The position numbers and the translations under genes were made by a program. Source: Chrysemys picta bellii (Eukaryota). From it: a stretch of 64,000 nt of DNA. The DNA lies in assembly GCF_011386835.1 (NCBI RefSeq), contig NC_088794.1, forward strand, positions 90,892,001 to 90,956,000, in the 5' to 3' direction. The notes under the pieces were generated by a model. It had not been told where the DNA came from. It did no database searches and saw only the letters and a list, made by a program, of their open reading frames with translations. Every line of letters begins with the position of its first letter. Position 1 is the first letter of the stretch. This document shows, one piece after another, positions 24,450-38,092 of this stretch.

Positions 24450-24850
24450 TCTCTAGCCCCATTTTACAGATGAGGACACTGAGGCATAGCGATACCGAAT
24501 GATTTGCCCAAGACCATACAAGAAATAAGTTGCTGAGCTAGGATCAGAACCAGGGCTGGCTCCAGGGTTTTTGCCATCCCAAGCAGGAAAAAAAAAAGCC
24601 ACAGTCGCAATCTGTGGCACTAGGGAGGCAGCTCTACCGCCGCCGCTTCAGTCTTCGGCGGCAATTCGGCAGCTGGTCCTTCACTCCGAGAGGGAGTGAG
24701 GGACCTGCCACCGAATTGCCGCCAAAGAGCCGGACGTGCCGCCCCTCTCCGTTGGCTGCCCCAACGGAGCTGCTTGCTGAGCTGTTGCCTGGAGCTGGCC
24801 CTGATCAGAACCCATTTCTCTTGACTTCCAGTCTTGTGCTTCGTCCTCAG
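24450..24850 (-). mobile_element. MIR/CORE-SINE interrupted by a hAT MITE
   Basis: ccccattttacagatgaggacactgaggca...gagctaggatcagaac|MITE|ccatttctcttgacttccagtc. Confidence 0.7.
24551..24803. mobile_element. hAT MITE, CAGGGCCGGCTCCAGG family (copy 3)
   Basis: TIR cagggctggctccagg / cctggagctggccctg; perfect TSD atcagaac (24543-24550, 24804-24811). Confidence 0.9.
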
Positions 24851-26299
24851 TTCAGATTCCTCTCCTTCCAAGAAACTTACAAGGGCACATTCCACAACAG
24901 AAAACCAGTTCAGGATTTTCTTTGTTATATTCCAAAACCCACTGTTCATGGTCACTGAAATGTAGTTCAGGTTCTTTTACACCAAAATCAGTTGACAGAA
25001 TAAGGGAGCAGCAGACCAGCTTGCCACTCATGCTGACCTCACTAACATAGCTTGGAGAGTGATAATGAAAGATAAAGCCCAAACTGGTGCCCAGCTGACC
25101 TGGGTTCTGAATCTCCCCTTCTATCAGTTCCATTGGTAATGGCATGGAGACATGGATCTGAATGTTCCATAATCTGGGCCAGGAATGGAGCAACATCTAG
25201 CTGAGGGAAAAGAACCAAGGGGCTCGACTGTCAAAGCAAGGAGAGGTTACAGAAAAATAGGAGAGAAAGGATAACCCCTACCCCTAAAGTGATGGCTAGC
25301 CTTTAACACATGGCCTCTGCTCCCCTCAGTATTTCTTCCCGGACAGGTTATCTCAGGAATTTATGCTTTCCAATAATTACCTTTCAGAGGCCTTCCACTT
25401 ATCTTGCAAGAGGAATTCGCTAGTAACCTGACCTGCATTGCTCATGCTATTGCCTTCCACCCCCTCTAACCTTTCAGCTCATCTCTCAAGGCAGAAGTAG
25501 ATGGCTCTTCCCAGACTTGCAGTGCTGGCTCAGCAAGGGTTGGTGAAGTTGATAAAAAGAAGAGTTTTAGTGCTACACAAATATTGAGGAGTTTGAGGGC
25601 ACAAGCAGTAAAGTGTTGCCAGAGGGTTAAAATACCTCCTGAAGCGGTGTTATATTACTCAGAGCTGAAGGATGAACAGGGTATTGCACAATCAAAAGAG
25701 CCATTTTAATCTGAGGGCAAGTTTTATTATTTTACTGCTATTGTTCTCTGAACCAGTCAATGTGTGTTTTATTAATCCTTGTTGGACCCTCTACCCAGGC
25801 TCTCTGCTTCTCTCTTACCATCCCCCATCTTTCTCTGTCTCTCTCCCCCTCATGTAATCAATTTCCCTCTCTGTCCTCCCAGATTCTAATTCACCATCAG
25901 TCACTGGAGCAGTAGTATCAGGTAGGCGCTTTTCTGAAGCTCTTACAGTCAGCGCTTGTTCTGGGGCAGCCCTAAACAATCTAGCAAATACTCATCCCTC
26001 CGAGGCCACAGTAACTACGCTCATGCTCCCACTCCCACCCATGCCATGCCCCTTTGCTTCCCACTCTCTAGGGATGAGCGCGCTGTGTGCATGTGTATTC
26101 TTCTTGGCTTGTGCCAGCTGCTTCCCACCACCATTCTGGTGATGGGGGACATGTTTTCTTCTGAGTCTGCCCTGCTGCCTACTACGGGCGCGATGAGATA
26201 TTGCGTCAGATTATCAGAAATCATAAAACACAACTTATCAAAAAGCTAGGGAGAAAGAAGAGAGAAGGTGTTGCGCTACATAGCAGCCTGCCACCAGTT

Positions 26300-28057
26300 C
26301 ACAAATGCACAGTAAGGCCAAACTGATACAAGGGATCAAACCTCGAACACAGTGTAGGCATCCTGAGTGGACCATAGCCACCACTGACAGATACCTAAGG
26401 GTTACTCCTCTCAGCCTCAGCAAGTAAGAGCTTGGCTGCTGCTAAGCTATGCATCTGCTCCCTGACACATCAGCTTGTCTGCTGTGCCAGCAACTCCCCA
26501 GGACTCTGCCAGTGGAAACCTGGCCTTGCAGGTAACAACCAGTGAATCCCAATTGCAAAGTTCCACAGAAATATCTCTCTGCAGCATCTAGGCTGTCTCA
26601 CTGGGCACTCACCGAAGTTAAGTCACTGCCTCCAAAGAGACAGTATGCACATCAGCCTAATTGGTTAGCTGAGGACTCACTCTCCACTTTAATACACAGC
26701 ACAGAGATGGTTTTGTAATAAGACAAGAATAAATTTATTAACAAAGAACACAGGTTTAAGTGATAAAAGGTAAGAATGACAAGTATGGTTACAAATAAAA
26801 TGAAACAAAACATGCCTCCTAGTGATTAAAATTTAATTTCAGCAAGTTACAATCTTTGTCTACGCAGGTTTCTCACCTAAGTCAGTTTCCAGCCATGGGC
26901 AGTGGTGAACCGCTGGCTTGGGGAGTCTAGCCCCAGCCCCACCCCTTCCACCCGAGGCCCCGCCCCTTCCACGCCCACCGGAGCCCAGCCCCTACTGTGG
27001 CCACTGGCCTCTGCCCAACACCCGCAGTCCTCCTCCCACTGTGGCTACTGGCCTCTGCCCCAGGCTAGCGTCCCCAGCCCCACCCTTGACCCGGGTGCGC
27101 CCGACACCCAGCCGGCCTGCCCCAGCCTCCCTGGGCCATGCCCAAACCCCAGCCAGCCGGACCCCTCACCCTGAAGGTACCTCCCCTCCCTGGCTGAGCT
27201 GCCAGCCCAAGCGCTGGGCGGGTGGGCAGGCAGCTCGGCCGGAGCACCTCCAGCCCCAGGCAGGTGGTGTGGCTGGAGTGGCCCCAGCCCCCACACTGGA
27301 CAGGCATAGCAGCCCCAGCCCCACCACTGGACAAGCGGCATGGCCCCAGCACCGGGAGGACGGGCAGGAAACAGCAGGCAGGATAGAGTCTGGGGGTGGA
27401 GCATGGGCGGGGGGACGTCAGGCTGTTTGGGCAGGCAACTCCTTCCCGTGCCTATGATACCCGCCGCCCATGTTTCCAGCTACTCTTGCCTCCAAAGCTA
27501 AGAGGATCCACCTTTCATTAACTCAAAAAGTGTTGCTCCCCTTTGCCCCCTAGATGATGGATGACTCAAATGTCTCTTTGTCCCCCCTTATATTACTCCA
27601 AAATTCACTTCTCTATTTCAGAGCCAGGAACACTTCGTGGGGATGAAGATGCCATTCCCCATCGAGACTGTTAAGCAGTAATCTCCCCTACTTGCTAGTT
27701 TGATGGTTTTACATTTAAATGTACTTTTCATTGTCCTCTGCCATCTAGCTGGTCAGACAAATAAATACATATTCCTTTGTCTAGGGCAGGCTGGGCTTTA
27801 TGCGCTATTGCCTGCCAAAACACATTGTAAGAACATATTTCCAGCATGCGTTTATACTCTTTTACACACCCGTACATACATGACAAATGATTTCCGGGAC
27901 TAGCGTGTGACCAGTTAGCATAGGATACTTTACACAGTACCTTTTAGATAGACATTATGACAACAGTGTGTTGGGGCTATGAGTGTGTCAGGCTAGATGT
28001 GAGTTGTGGTATGTCGTGCCCTCTGCCAGTTGGCACTGAGGGGCTCCCAGGGGCACA
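26300..28057. mobile_element. Probable solo LTR (long turtle LTR family), interrupted by a MITE
   Basis: Resembles common turtle LTR repeats (aataaatttattaacaaagaacacagg; ggcactgaggggctc...caca terminus). Left boundary and TSD are not resolved. Confidence 0.4.
26894..27472. mobile_element. GC-rich hAT MITE
   Basis: TIR catgggcagtgg / ccgccgcccatg; perfect 8-bp TSD tttccagc (26886-26893, 27473-27480). Confidence 0.88.
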
Positions 28058-30559
28058 GGTCTCTCTCTCTTCTTTATCCTTTAGCAACACTTGCTTGCCT
28101 TGCCACTAAAAATTCTTACTGTACTGACCTGACAGTGGGCCAACCTTTGCCCTCTGTGCATGTGCTAGGCCAGGGCTTGGTTGTATCAGTTTGGGGAAAG
28201 AGCTCTTGTTATTTTCAGTCATGTAACAACATTTGAACCCCAAACAAACACTCAGTGGTGCTGGAACGAGGGATGCTGCTGCACCCCCTGGCTTGAAGTA
28301 GTAATAACAAACACCAAATACATGGTTTCCATCAGCAGTACCCCCACTATACAATTGTTCCAGCTCCCCTGCACACACGCACTCCTTGATAGCCTCACAC
28401 TTCGATTGGAACAGGACTGTGCCACAAGAAATTCAGCTGGGAGGGCAGGGAGAAGAGAGTGGCTCTTCCCGCATTACATTCCAGTAGGTGCGCAATCCTA
28501 TGGGTGCTTTGCCACAGTCTGGATTTATGATCAGAATTAACATATTTCAAAGCACAAAGTTCTCTCTTTTGAAAAAGGAGGAGGAAGAGGAGAAAAACCA
28601 CATTCCAAGCATTTGGCACAACAACCAACTTCCCCAGCCATCCTCCGGGAACAAAAAGAGGGGGGGAAAAGCTTGTCACCACACAATTTAAAATAACCCG
28701 TCTGTCCTGGCTCCACTCTGTCTCAGGGGGTAGATCCAAGTCCTCGCCTCCCCTCCTCCCCCCCCCCCCCCACCCATCAGGACTGCAGGCTCAAAGCACT
28801 TGACATTCAGCAGCAGAAGGAAAACAGCTCTGAGGGAAGGGACATGGGGGAAGGGAACAGTCCCGTCACCGGTAGGATTTGGGGGGGGGGGGAAAGGGGC
28901 CTGATAAAGGTCACAAAAATTGGTGGGAAGAGGGAGGTTATAGTTCTCCCAGGATTGATGAGTAGAAGGAATTCTCTGAGCACAGAGCCCTCCTGACCAT
29001 GGAGTGAGCAGTCAGTCACCTCTGCAGCCCCTTCCCCCTTTGCCCCAGACCCTATGAAGGAGCCACTCTAGGTCTAAGCATTTGTACAAGGCACATAAGG
29101 AGGATGCAGGAAGGGAAGTGCATGCATCATCCCCCCTTCCGCCCGTCAACCCAAGCAAAAAAGGTAAATGCAGCTTCATGTTCTGTTAAGTTTCCCATGG
29201 CCCACTCTGCACTGAGGAACAAACCACTCCTGTTGAGGGGGTGTGAGGGAGCTGAGTAGCAAGGGGTGATGGAAGCCCTCGGAGCACAGCTCCAATAGAG
29301 GAGGAAACTGCTCATTGGTAGGGAAGGGAATCTTGGAGATGGGGCAATGGTACAGGTCTGGCTTTGCCAAATCTTGCAATTTTATTACTATTCTCACAAC
29401 ATTTGGTACTTTCCTTAAAGCCCAATTGCTGGAATAAAGAGCCTGCATGTGAATCTCAGGATTCATTAACTATGAAGTAAGTTTCTAGCCCTCACAGTGG
29501 CAGAGAAAAGCTAGACAACATGAAGCAGGTTCCCCCTAAAGGCTCAGGAACCAGAAGGCAAAATGTTTATGTTTTTCAAAACGTCATTATTCGTAAGCCA
29601 ATCTCCTGATTTTGGGGGCTCTCATTCATGAATGCTTGGGGTTGGCAATACTGCAGATTATCCTTTGCCTCAAGGTCTTGAGGTTTGGGATCCAAATTAC
29701 TGGCAGTTCCACAGAGGACAAAACCCTGACCCTCTCCCCTCAGATTGAACAATTTGAGGGGAATTCTGCAAGGAGAGCTTCTCTGAGCTTGCCTTCCTGG
29801 CCTTCTCCTGTAGGATTGTTCTTCATAATGATTTATATAGGTGCATATAATGTTTTGCACACAGATATAAAGACCAGGGGCCAAATTCTCCATTGCCCTG
29901 CATCTTACTGTATTTACACCAGGGCAAAGTGGGTTTTAAGAACTACCAAATCAGTGTGGGAATGTTTTCCATTCTCTTTGCACTGGCGTAAGTGACGACA
30001 TGGTGAAAGGCAAGGGAGAATCGGGCCCATGCTTCCCATGCTCAAGCTATTGGAGATCAAGACCTCAACCCCAAATGGCTGAAGACAATAGGCATGATTC
30101 TCCACTGCCATGTGTCTTATGTAGCCACCTACAACACAAAGTGAGAGCAATGTCCAGATAAAATGCAACCACTCTAATTTGGCAGTGTTTTACCCCCTTT
30201 GCAAAGCTGTATGTGAGCATACCTGGTACAAGGCAGTGAAGAATCAGGACCAATAGAAGGGGAGAGTAGGTAACAGAAGGAGAACAACAGTAAATACATT
30301 GGTGTGGATTCCTCCATGGTGTAACTCCACTGACTTTACTGGAGTTCCCGAGGGATGAATATTGCCCACTGTATTTATATAAGGCTGTCAGGAATCTCCA
30401 GACAGGAAAGAACCTTTTGACCTCCAAGGCTGCCCCATATAAAGTAGCTTTAATCCTCTTACTTGGTCTCTTTGTATCCTCTCTCTTAGGCTCACGTACA
30501 GAGTGTTACTAGGGAGCACTAGGACAAGGCCGCAGCACTTGACATTGCACTGTTCATAG

Positions 30560-30637
30560 TGTAACCCACACACCTCCTGGGGGTGGGGTGGTATTCTGTC
30601 CCATCTAGTGGCACCAAGACCAGGGGGAAAAGAAAGA

Positions 30638-30698
<61 letters not shown>

Positions 30699-30819
30699 TA
30701 GTTGCTCTACAGCCTCAGCTAACAGCCAGTTGGCCTTTAGCTCATGCAGTAGAGGCTCATACTCCAGAGGTCCCAGGTTTGATCCCGCCCGCCGACAAAC
30801 AGGGTCTGTTGGTGTTACA
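30560..30819 (+). mobile_element. Short solo-LTR-like element containing a tRNA-derived segment
   Basis: Termini TGTAAC...GTTACA; 4-bp TSD atag (30556-30559, 30820-30823); tRNA-like A-box 30738-30749 and B-box GGTTTGATCCC 30776-30786. Confidence 0.75.
30641..30697. repeat. Compound microsatellite (GA)n(GT)n
   Basis: (GA)15 followed directly by about (GT)13-14. Confidence 0.97.
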
Positions 30820-33055
30820 ATAGCACCTCTAGGAACCCTATGAGATGAGGCATGGCCCCAGCTGGAGTGGAAGCCATGGTGCATGGCTGTCTCAATGTTG
30901 TCAGTCTGAAGCACTGTATATTCATGCTCAGCACCAAGAAATTCTGGATTCATGCCACCACTAACTGGGTCAGGTTGAAAGCTGGGAGAGCATAAAAGAT
31001 AGAAGTTATTTCATGGATTCAACCTCCAACTCCCTTAGCAGTCAGAGTTATGATGGCTGGTGGCAATTCCAGTTCCAATACATGGAGACCTTTCCATGGG
31101 GAATGGAATAATCGGGGGTGGGGGGATTATCGTGGCTTAATTTTAGGCCTGATCCTGAGAGCTGCTGAATTCTCAGACCTCACATTATCTTTAATGAGCA
31201 TGGTGGGTACACAGCACCTCTCAGGATCAGACTCCTTGGCTGGAGGAGGTATAAGCAGATGGCGAATCACTTCTCCACATTGTCAGACAAACACACACTA
31301 GTCCCACTCTGAATCATTCTCTGAATAAGCAGAGTGACTAGCTGAAAGAGCACCATGTGACCTGATGAAGCATACAATGTTTTCCAGGAAGCCAAAAAAC
31401 TCATATAATCTCAGTTGGGCAAAATCTATTATATAAACCAGTAACAACTTGTAGCACTTTGCAGGATAACATGTGGTTCTGGTGATGCCTGCAGGTTTGA
31501 TCAGAGCTCCTCTCATTCTGATTTACAAACAAGAATGCTGTGCAAATAAACCAGAGCATCTGGGATCCCTCTTTATTCTTCCAAACTGCCATGGGGATGG
31601 GTAAAAAGAGGAAAACGCCCCTCCATGTCAGCAGTCAGAAAGAGCGGAAATAAGAAGAAATGCCATTTTCAAAGAGCCACAAAACAATCATGGCGTAATG
31701 ATCTGACATTGCCCTGAGATGTTTGCACATAGCTTACCATCAATATGTGATCGTGTGCTGCAACAGCAAAGATAAAGCAACAACGACATCACAACATAGT
31801 TTCAGGACACTGCACAATGGTGGTTTTGTGGCTCACCCTGTGAATCCATTCAATAACAAAATGTCTCTAAGTTTAAGACAGTTATATTACATATGTATCA
31901 CATACTTATCAAATACTATTTTTAAGGTTGCTATCTCTGAGGTTTTTGCATTGACTGTTTTACTTTAGATGAGTTGCAGGAACTTTGATTTAGTTTTTAT
32001 AAGCAGAGGATGTCTGTGTTTATTTTATATTATGTATTTTTAGATTCTATGGCTGGAGAATATTCTTTTTGTGGGCAGCGTGAATAACTGAGGGGGATCT
32101 TCTTCTTGATTCCTGTGTTACTTTTTGAAGGAAAGATTTTAATCATAACAGAATATTGTAGTTATGGTCCTTTCTTTCTAATGCTCCTACTTTTGGTCTA
32201 AAAAGGCAAAATGTAAAAAGTGTCACTTACAGAACGTACTAAGAGAAGGAGCCTCCAGTTCCTAGGCAGCTACTGTACAGTTATGTCCTCAGTCCATCCT
32301 CTCAGAAGAAATTCTGTGTCCCACCCCATTCCACCCTCAGAGCTCATCCATCAGACTCCTCAGCTTCATCTGTCAGTTGATGAGGCTTCTCAATTTGTGT
32401 GGTGCATCCAAAAGTGGAGGAACAGCTGGAAACATCAGCAGCAGCTGGCAGACACCTGTGGCAAAATTCCTAGAGGATTTAAGGTGGCATGCTTTGTGTG
32501 TGATTATAATTCTCTATAGGTTGGCAGATTTTAAACTTTTGAATACATAAAGATGGACACATTTTCAAATCTTTCTGCTTCAGGGTTTTTGTAGGGACTT
32601 TTGTTTGTTGGTTTGTATTTTTTGTGGATCTGAGATCCACAGAGTGCAGCTTGATATAATATTAGAGGGGAACCCCATGGAATGCAGTTCTTTTGAAGAA
32701 AGAGGACTCACCCTAAGTTACTTCTTTTTAAAATGTCATTATGTCTGGGAGAATGACAGTGAAAATAATGCCATATTACTGTAAACATCTGCTCCCTTCA
32801 GATTAATATGCAGTTTGTACTATAGTCTGCTCTGCAGAACCAAAAGTTACTTTAGAAAAAGTTATTGATGATTGTCATATAAATTCTGATTCCAGAATCA
32901 TTTTGCACAAAGAAGAGTAGGAAGCGGAAAAAACTCAACTTAATTTTTAGTCACACAATTAACTGGAAGGTTAAAATAAAAAATGTTCTAGCTGGACCTG
33001 GATTTGAGTCCTGCACCTGAACTTTGTAGGCCTGATTCTCCACCACCTTGCACCT

Positions 33056-33230
33056 CATAGAATGTCAGGGTTAGAAGGGACCTCAGGAGGTCATCTAGTC
33101 TAACCCCCTGCTCAAAACAGGACCAATCTCCAGACAGATTTTTACCCCAGTTCCCTAAGTGGCCCCCTCAAGGATTGAGCTCATAACCCTGAGTTTAGGA
33201 GGCCAATGCTCAAACCACTGAGCTATCTCT
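33056..33230 (-). mobile_element. Tortoise-type PolIII SINE
   Basis: Reverse complement of the 15809 SINE with a CR1 tail (catagaatgtcagggttagaagggacc...caaaccactgagctatctc), inserted into an older palindromic repeat. Confidence 0.88.
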
Positions 33231-34220
33231 TGTAATCATTATCACCCATGAACGCTGGCTGTAAGAGGCTACCATTCTGATTTATGGTAGCATCTTACAC
33301 TCAGTTTACACAGGTGTTAATGACTGCACCAGGTGCAAGGGCGTGATTATGGAAGACTGAGGCGGTATTTGCAGTATAGGAGTTTTTCTAGAGTACAGAG
33401 AATATAGAGTACACTATTCATTTCCTAACACCAGGTTTAAAATCACATTATATTGAGGGGTTTGTTCAAAGGGTCAGTTAATAGGGCAGGTGAAGTTTCA
33501 AAGTGGACCACTGGGAGAGTTGTTCATTGCAGCTCCCATGTGGCAGAACCACTCTGGGAAGGATAAGTGTGAGTGGAGGCAGATGAAAAGAAAAAAAAAG
33601 AGATGCGAGGGACCATGAGTGTGTGAGGGAGACTGAGAAGTTGGTTGCCTGCAGTAATAGGTGACTAGACAGGATGATCCAGGAGGTCTCTGCCCATCCT
33701 GTGTTCCTATGTTCTTAACTCTGGGCCCTAGATCAAAATGGGTCCCTTACCCATTACTAAGTGAACTGTTGTAGTCAGGTAAATCTAATCCAGAAAGATT
33801 TCAGGACAAGATAAAGCTTAGATATGCTCCATACAGAAAGGAAGGTTATACCCAGAGAAGGTAAGGAGGTACCAGTAGAAGTTTTTGTCAGTGACTGTCA
33901 GTCTTATTGCAATAAAATTCTGCTAAACTTGTCAAGTGTTTCTGTGCCTGTGTATTCCTCCCAACTCACCCCTCTGTTCAGGATGCAACATAAAGCAGTC
34001 AAGGATCAGGCCTCAAAACTCTAGAATGGGCCTCCCCATCTCTTTGGATCCATACCTCTAGAATAGGCCAACCCAACTCTCCAGAGCCAAATGTGCCTTC
34101 ACGGAGGAGGGCTCAAAATCCAGATATGAATCCGAATCACCCCAAATTCTGGAGAAATAAGATGTAGCATTTAGATTCAACCCATTACAGACAGGCCTAT
34201 CTCTAGTTTTAACTAGAAAA

Positions 34221-34376
34221 ATCATAGAATCAGAAATGTAGGGCTGGAAGGGACCTTGAGAGGCATCCCCCTGCACTGAGGCAGGATCAAGTATAACTAG
34301 AGCATCCCTGACAGATGTTTATCTAACCTGTTCTTAGAAGCTTCCAGTGATGGGGATTCACTTAGATACTCCAGGG
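34221..34376 (-). mobile_element. CR1 LINE 3' fragment
   Basis: atcatagaatcagaaatgtagggctggaagggaccttgagagg...cctgacagatgtttatctaacctgttcttagaagcttccagtgatggggattcac. Confidence 0.8.
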
Positions 34377-35051
34377 CAACCGTGGGCAAACTATGGCCCA
34401 CAGGACCGTCCTGCCCGGCCCCTGAGCTCCCGGCCGGGGAGCCTAGTCCCTGGCCCCTCCCCCACGGGCTGCGCTCTGGCCCACCACTCCTGCTGGGCAG
34501 CATGGGGAGCACAACTGGCTCTGGCCGGGTGTCGTAGCTGCGAACTCCTGCTGGTGGGGTGAGGATTGAGGGGTACTGGGGGGCAGCCAGGGAGGAGGGG
34601 GCAGTTGGATGGGAGGTTCTGAGGGGGTGGGGGGATGGGGAACAGGGAGAATTGGGAGTGGGAGTCCCGGGGGGGCCTGTCGGGGCGGGGATGTGGATAG
34701 GGGTCGGGAGGGCAGTCAGCGGACAGAGAGCGGGGGGGTTGGATAAGGGGGTGGGATCCCAGGGGGTACTTAGGGGTGGGGGTCCCGGGAGGGGGTGATC
34801 AGGGGACAAGGAGCAGAGGGCGCTTGGATAGGGGGCAGGGGTCCCAGGAGGGGCGGTCAGGGGACAAGGAGCAGGAGGGGTTGAATGGGTCAGGGATTCT
34901 GAGGGGGGCAGTCAGGGGGCGGGAAGTGGGAGGGGGCAGATAGGGGGCAGGGGCCAGGTTGTTTGGAGAGGCACAGCCTTCCCTACCCGGCTCTCCATAC
35001 AGTTGCGCAACCCTGATGTGGCCCTCAGGCCAAAAAGTTTGCCGACCTTTG
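34377..35051. mobile_element. hAT (Charlie-like) MITE with G-rich interior
   Basis: Ends caaccgtgggcaaac / gtttgccgacctttg; TSD ctccaggg / ctccaagg (1 mismatch). Confidence 0.75.
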
Positions 35052-36079
35052 CTCCAAGGGCTGGTGCTCTACAAATATCCACAATACTGACAACAAAAAA
35101 CATTCAAAAATTATGAGTCAGGCTCCCAAAAACAAGAAGATTTTTTTTTTTTAATCTGAATTTCTTGTTATTTGTCTTCTGGTTTCTGAGCCTTTAGGTT
35201 ACCCTCAGTTCCCATTTTCAAGGTTTTCTCCACAACCAGGAGAGCTAGGAACGTTTTTTTTAAATGAAAGCTGAGACTCTCATGCAGTCTCTGGATTCCA
35301 AGAGCTGGGAGCTCTAAGAAAAATCACAAGCATTGGCAAGACTGTATCTATCAGACAGAATAAATCTGGCATCCCACAATGTGGTTGCTAAAAAGTCATT
35401 TTCCTCAACAAAAGTGCCTTTTACCATTGCACTCTGAACAGAGACCATACAAAAATTGACCATATTGAGTGTATGCAGTGTTGTTGTAGCTGTGTTGGTC
35501 CCAGGATATTAGAGAGAGAAGGTGGGTGAGGTAATGTCTTTTATTGGACCAATTTATGTTGGTCAGAAAGAGAAACTTTCAAGCTTACACAGAACTCTTC
35601 TTCAGGGAAACATACTAAGAGTGTCATAGCTAAACACATGGTGGGACAGATTGTTTAGCATAGGAAGTTACATATTTCAAGAGACCATTCAAGGTGAAGT
35701 GGCAAATTAACATCTCTGCAGTCACAGAGGAGAACACTAGAGGGCAGGGGTAGAAAGGCAGCTGGTGGGGGTTAATAGTGGGTTATAGATTGTTGTAATA
35801 AAACATAAATCCAGTGTCTCTGTTCAGTCCATGATTTTTAGTGTCTAGCAAAGTTATGAATTCAAACTCCCAGGCTTGTGTTTTGAAAGAGTTGTGCAGG
35901 TTTCCTTTGAGTATGAGAACTGATAGCTCAGATATAGAGTGATCACTTTGTGACTAGTGTTCACCCACAGGTGATACGGTGATTTTGTCTTTTATCATTT
36001 TCCTGTGTGATTTCATTCGAGAGCATAGTGATTGTCTGGTTTCACCCACATCGTTAAGGATTTCACAGTCAACAACTAA

Positions 36080-37870
36080 CATCACATGCACCACAATCTC
36101 TCCACCGCTGGAAGGACAGCTATACAGTCCCTGAAATCTAACCACCAGATAGCAATCTAACCAGCAGACAAAGGGAGCACCATCGTCGTCCTCCACTGTG
36201 ATGACTACATTAACAAGGCCAACCAACAACTCTCCGACACCACCTCCTATAAAGAACTCGGGAATTTAAAGATATCATCAAATCCTTTCCCAAATAACTC
36301 CATGAGAAATTCTACAAATTTATCCTCCAAGGACCCACCCCAGGGACTTTCTAGACACTTCCCAAGATACACAAACACAGGAACCCAGGCAGACCCTCAT
36401 ATCTGACTATGACACTCTTACTGAAGGAATATCAGGACTCATAGAAACCATCATCAAACCACTCACCACACACAGAGCCAGCTTCTTCCTGGACACAACC
36501 AGCATCCTTCACAAACTCCAAAACATTAACAACCTCCCTCAGAACACCATCCTTACCACCATGGATCCCACTTCCCTATACACCAACATCCCTCACAATG
36601 ACAGCATAGCTGCCTGCTTCAAATATTTACAAGGCAATGGACAGCCCTCAGATATCCACCCCAAACACACCACCAAACTCATCCATGTCATCCTCACCTA
36701 TAACAACTTTACATTCAATAACAAATACTTTGTCCAAACCACAGGAATAGCCCGGGGGAGCAGGACAGCTCCCTAATATGCCAACCTCTTCATGGGCCAC
36801 CTTGAAGAAGATTTCTAGACAAATACACCATGAAACCAATGATATATCTGAGATACAGCAATGATATTTTCATCCTCTGGACAGATGATTTAAACTCCCT
36901 CATAGATTTCCACCGCAACTTCAACCACACCACCCATCCATTAGACTCTCTCTGGAACACTCCTACATCAGCATCAACTTCCTGGACACCACAATCAGCT
37001 TCAATATTGGAACCTTACAGACAACTCTATAGAAGAAACCCCAGATCACCACACCTACCTTCATAGATCCAATAACCACCCCAAAGACACCAAGAAATCT
37101 GCTATCTACAGCTAGGCACTCAGATACCATAGAATATGCACAGAGGAGAAAGTCTGGGGTATACACCTTAACACACTCAAAATTGCCTTCACCAAACAAG
37201 GACACTTCACCAGAGAAGTCGATCGGATCATGGATTGAGCCACCCAAGAGAGAGAACCTGATACAGAAATATCGCACACCCCTAGTTGTCACCTACCACC
37301 CTACACTGGAACCCATACAGGGTATCATCAAACAACTACAACCCATACTCGATGGGGAGCCCTCCTGAAAGAATTTTTTCCTGAACCCCCTCTTCTGGCC
37401 TTCAAACAACCTCCCAATCTCTCCAAGCTCATCATCAGAAGCAAGCTCCCAATAGACCAGGATATACCAACTCAAAAAGTGGCACCAGATCCTGCCAGAA
37501 CAACCAATGCAAAATCTGCAGACGTATTGCCACTGCTATAATGATCAACACTCCCCAAAACATACCTTTCAAGATCCATGGGTCCTACACATGCCTATCA
37601 CAACATGTCGTGTACTTCATCTAGTGTACTACACGCCCCCAATAACAGCTATGTGGGTGGATCCAGACTATCACTACAGTCTCAAATGAACTTGCACAGG
37701 AAAATTATAAAAGATAAAATCACCATATCACCTGTGGGTGAACACATTTCACAAAGCCATCACTCTATGTCTGACTTATCCATCCCCATCAAAGGAAACC
37801 TGCACAACACTTTCAAAAGATGAGCCTGGGAGTTTAGATTCATAACATTGCTAGACAAAAAAGCATGGAC
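36080..37870 (+). pseudogene. Penelope RT/GIY-YIG endonuclease ORF, disrupted
   Basis: Motifs NLS...AIQSLKSNHQIAI*PADKG, DPTSLYTNIP, GIARGSRTAP*YANLFMGHLEE, YLRYSNDIF (YIDD decayed) and YVG...SLQSQMNLHRK, with several stops and frameshifts. Confidence 0.88.
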
Positions 37871-38092
37871 TGAATAGAGACACTGGATTTATGGTTTATT
37901 ACAACAATCTATAACCCACTAACAACCCCATATGCAGCTCCCTTTCCCGCCTCCTCCCTTTCTCTCCTATGACTGCATGGATGTTGACAGGCCATTTCAC
38001 CATGAGTGGTCCCTTGAAATGTGCGTTGACTAGTTATGCTAAACAATCTGTTCCAACTTGTATTTAGCTGTGACATTCTGAATACATTTTAC

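Noticed and set aside
30519-30953. 144-aa ORF with HT/SL repeats
   Set aside because: It is a translation of the (GA)n(GT)n microsatellite and the surrounding LTR-like element.
36080-37870. Active Penelope reverse transcriptase
   Set aside because: It has multiple stops and frameshifts and YIDD has decayed to YSND, so it cannot be the mobiliser of the short inserts.
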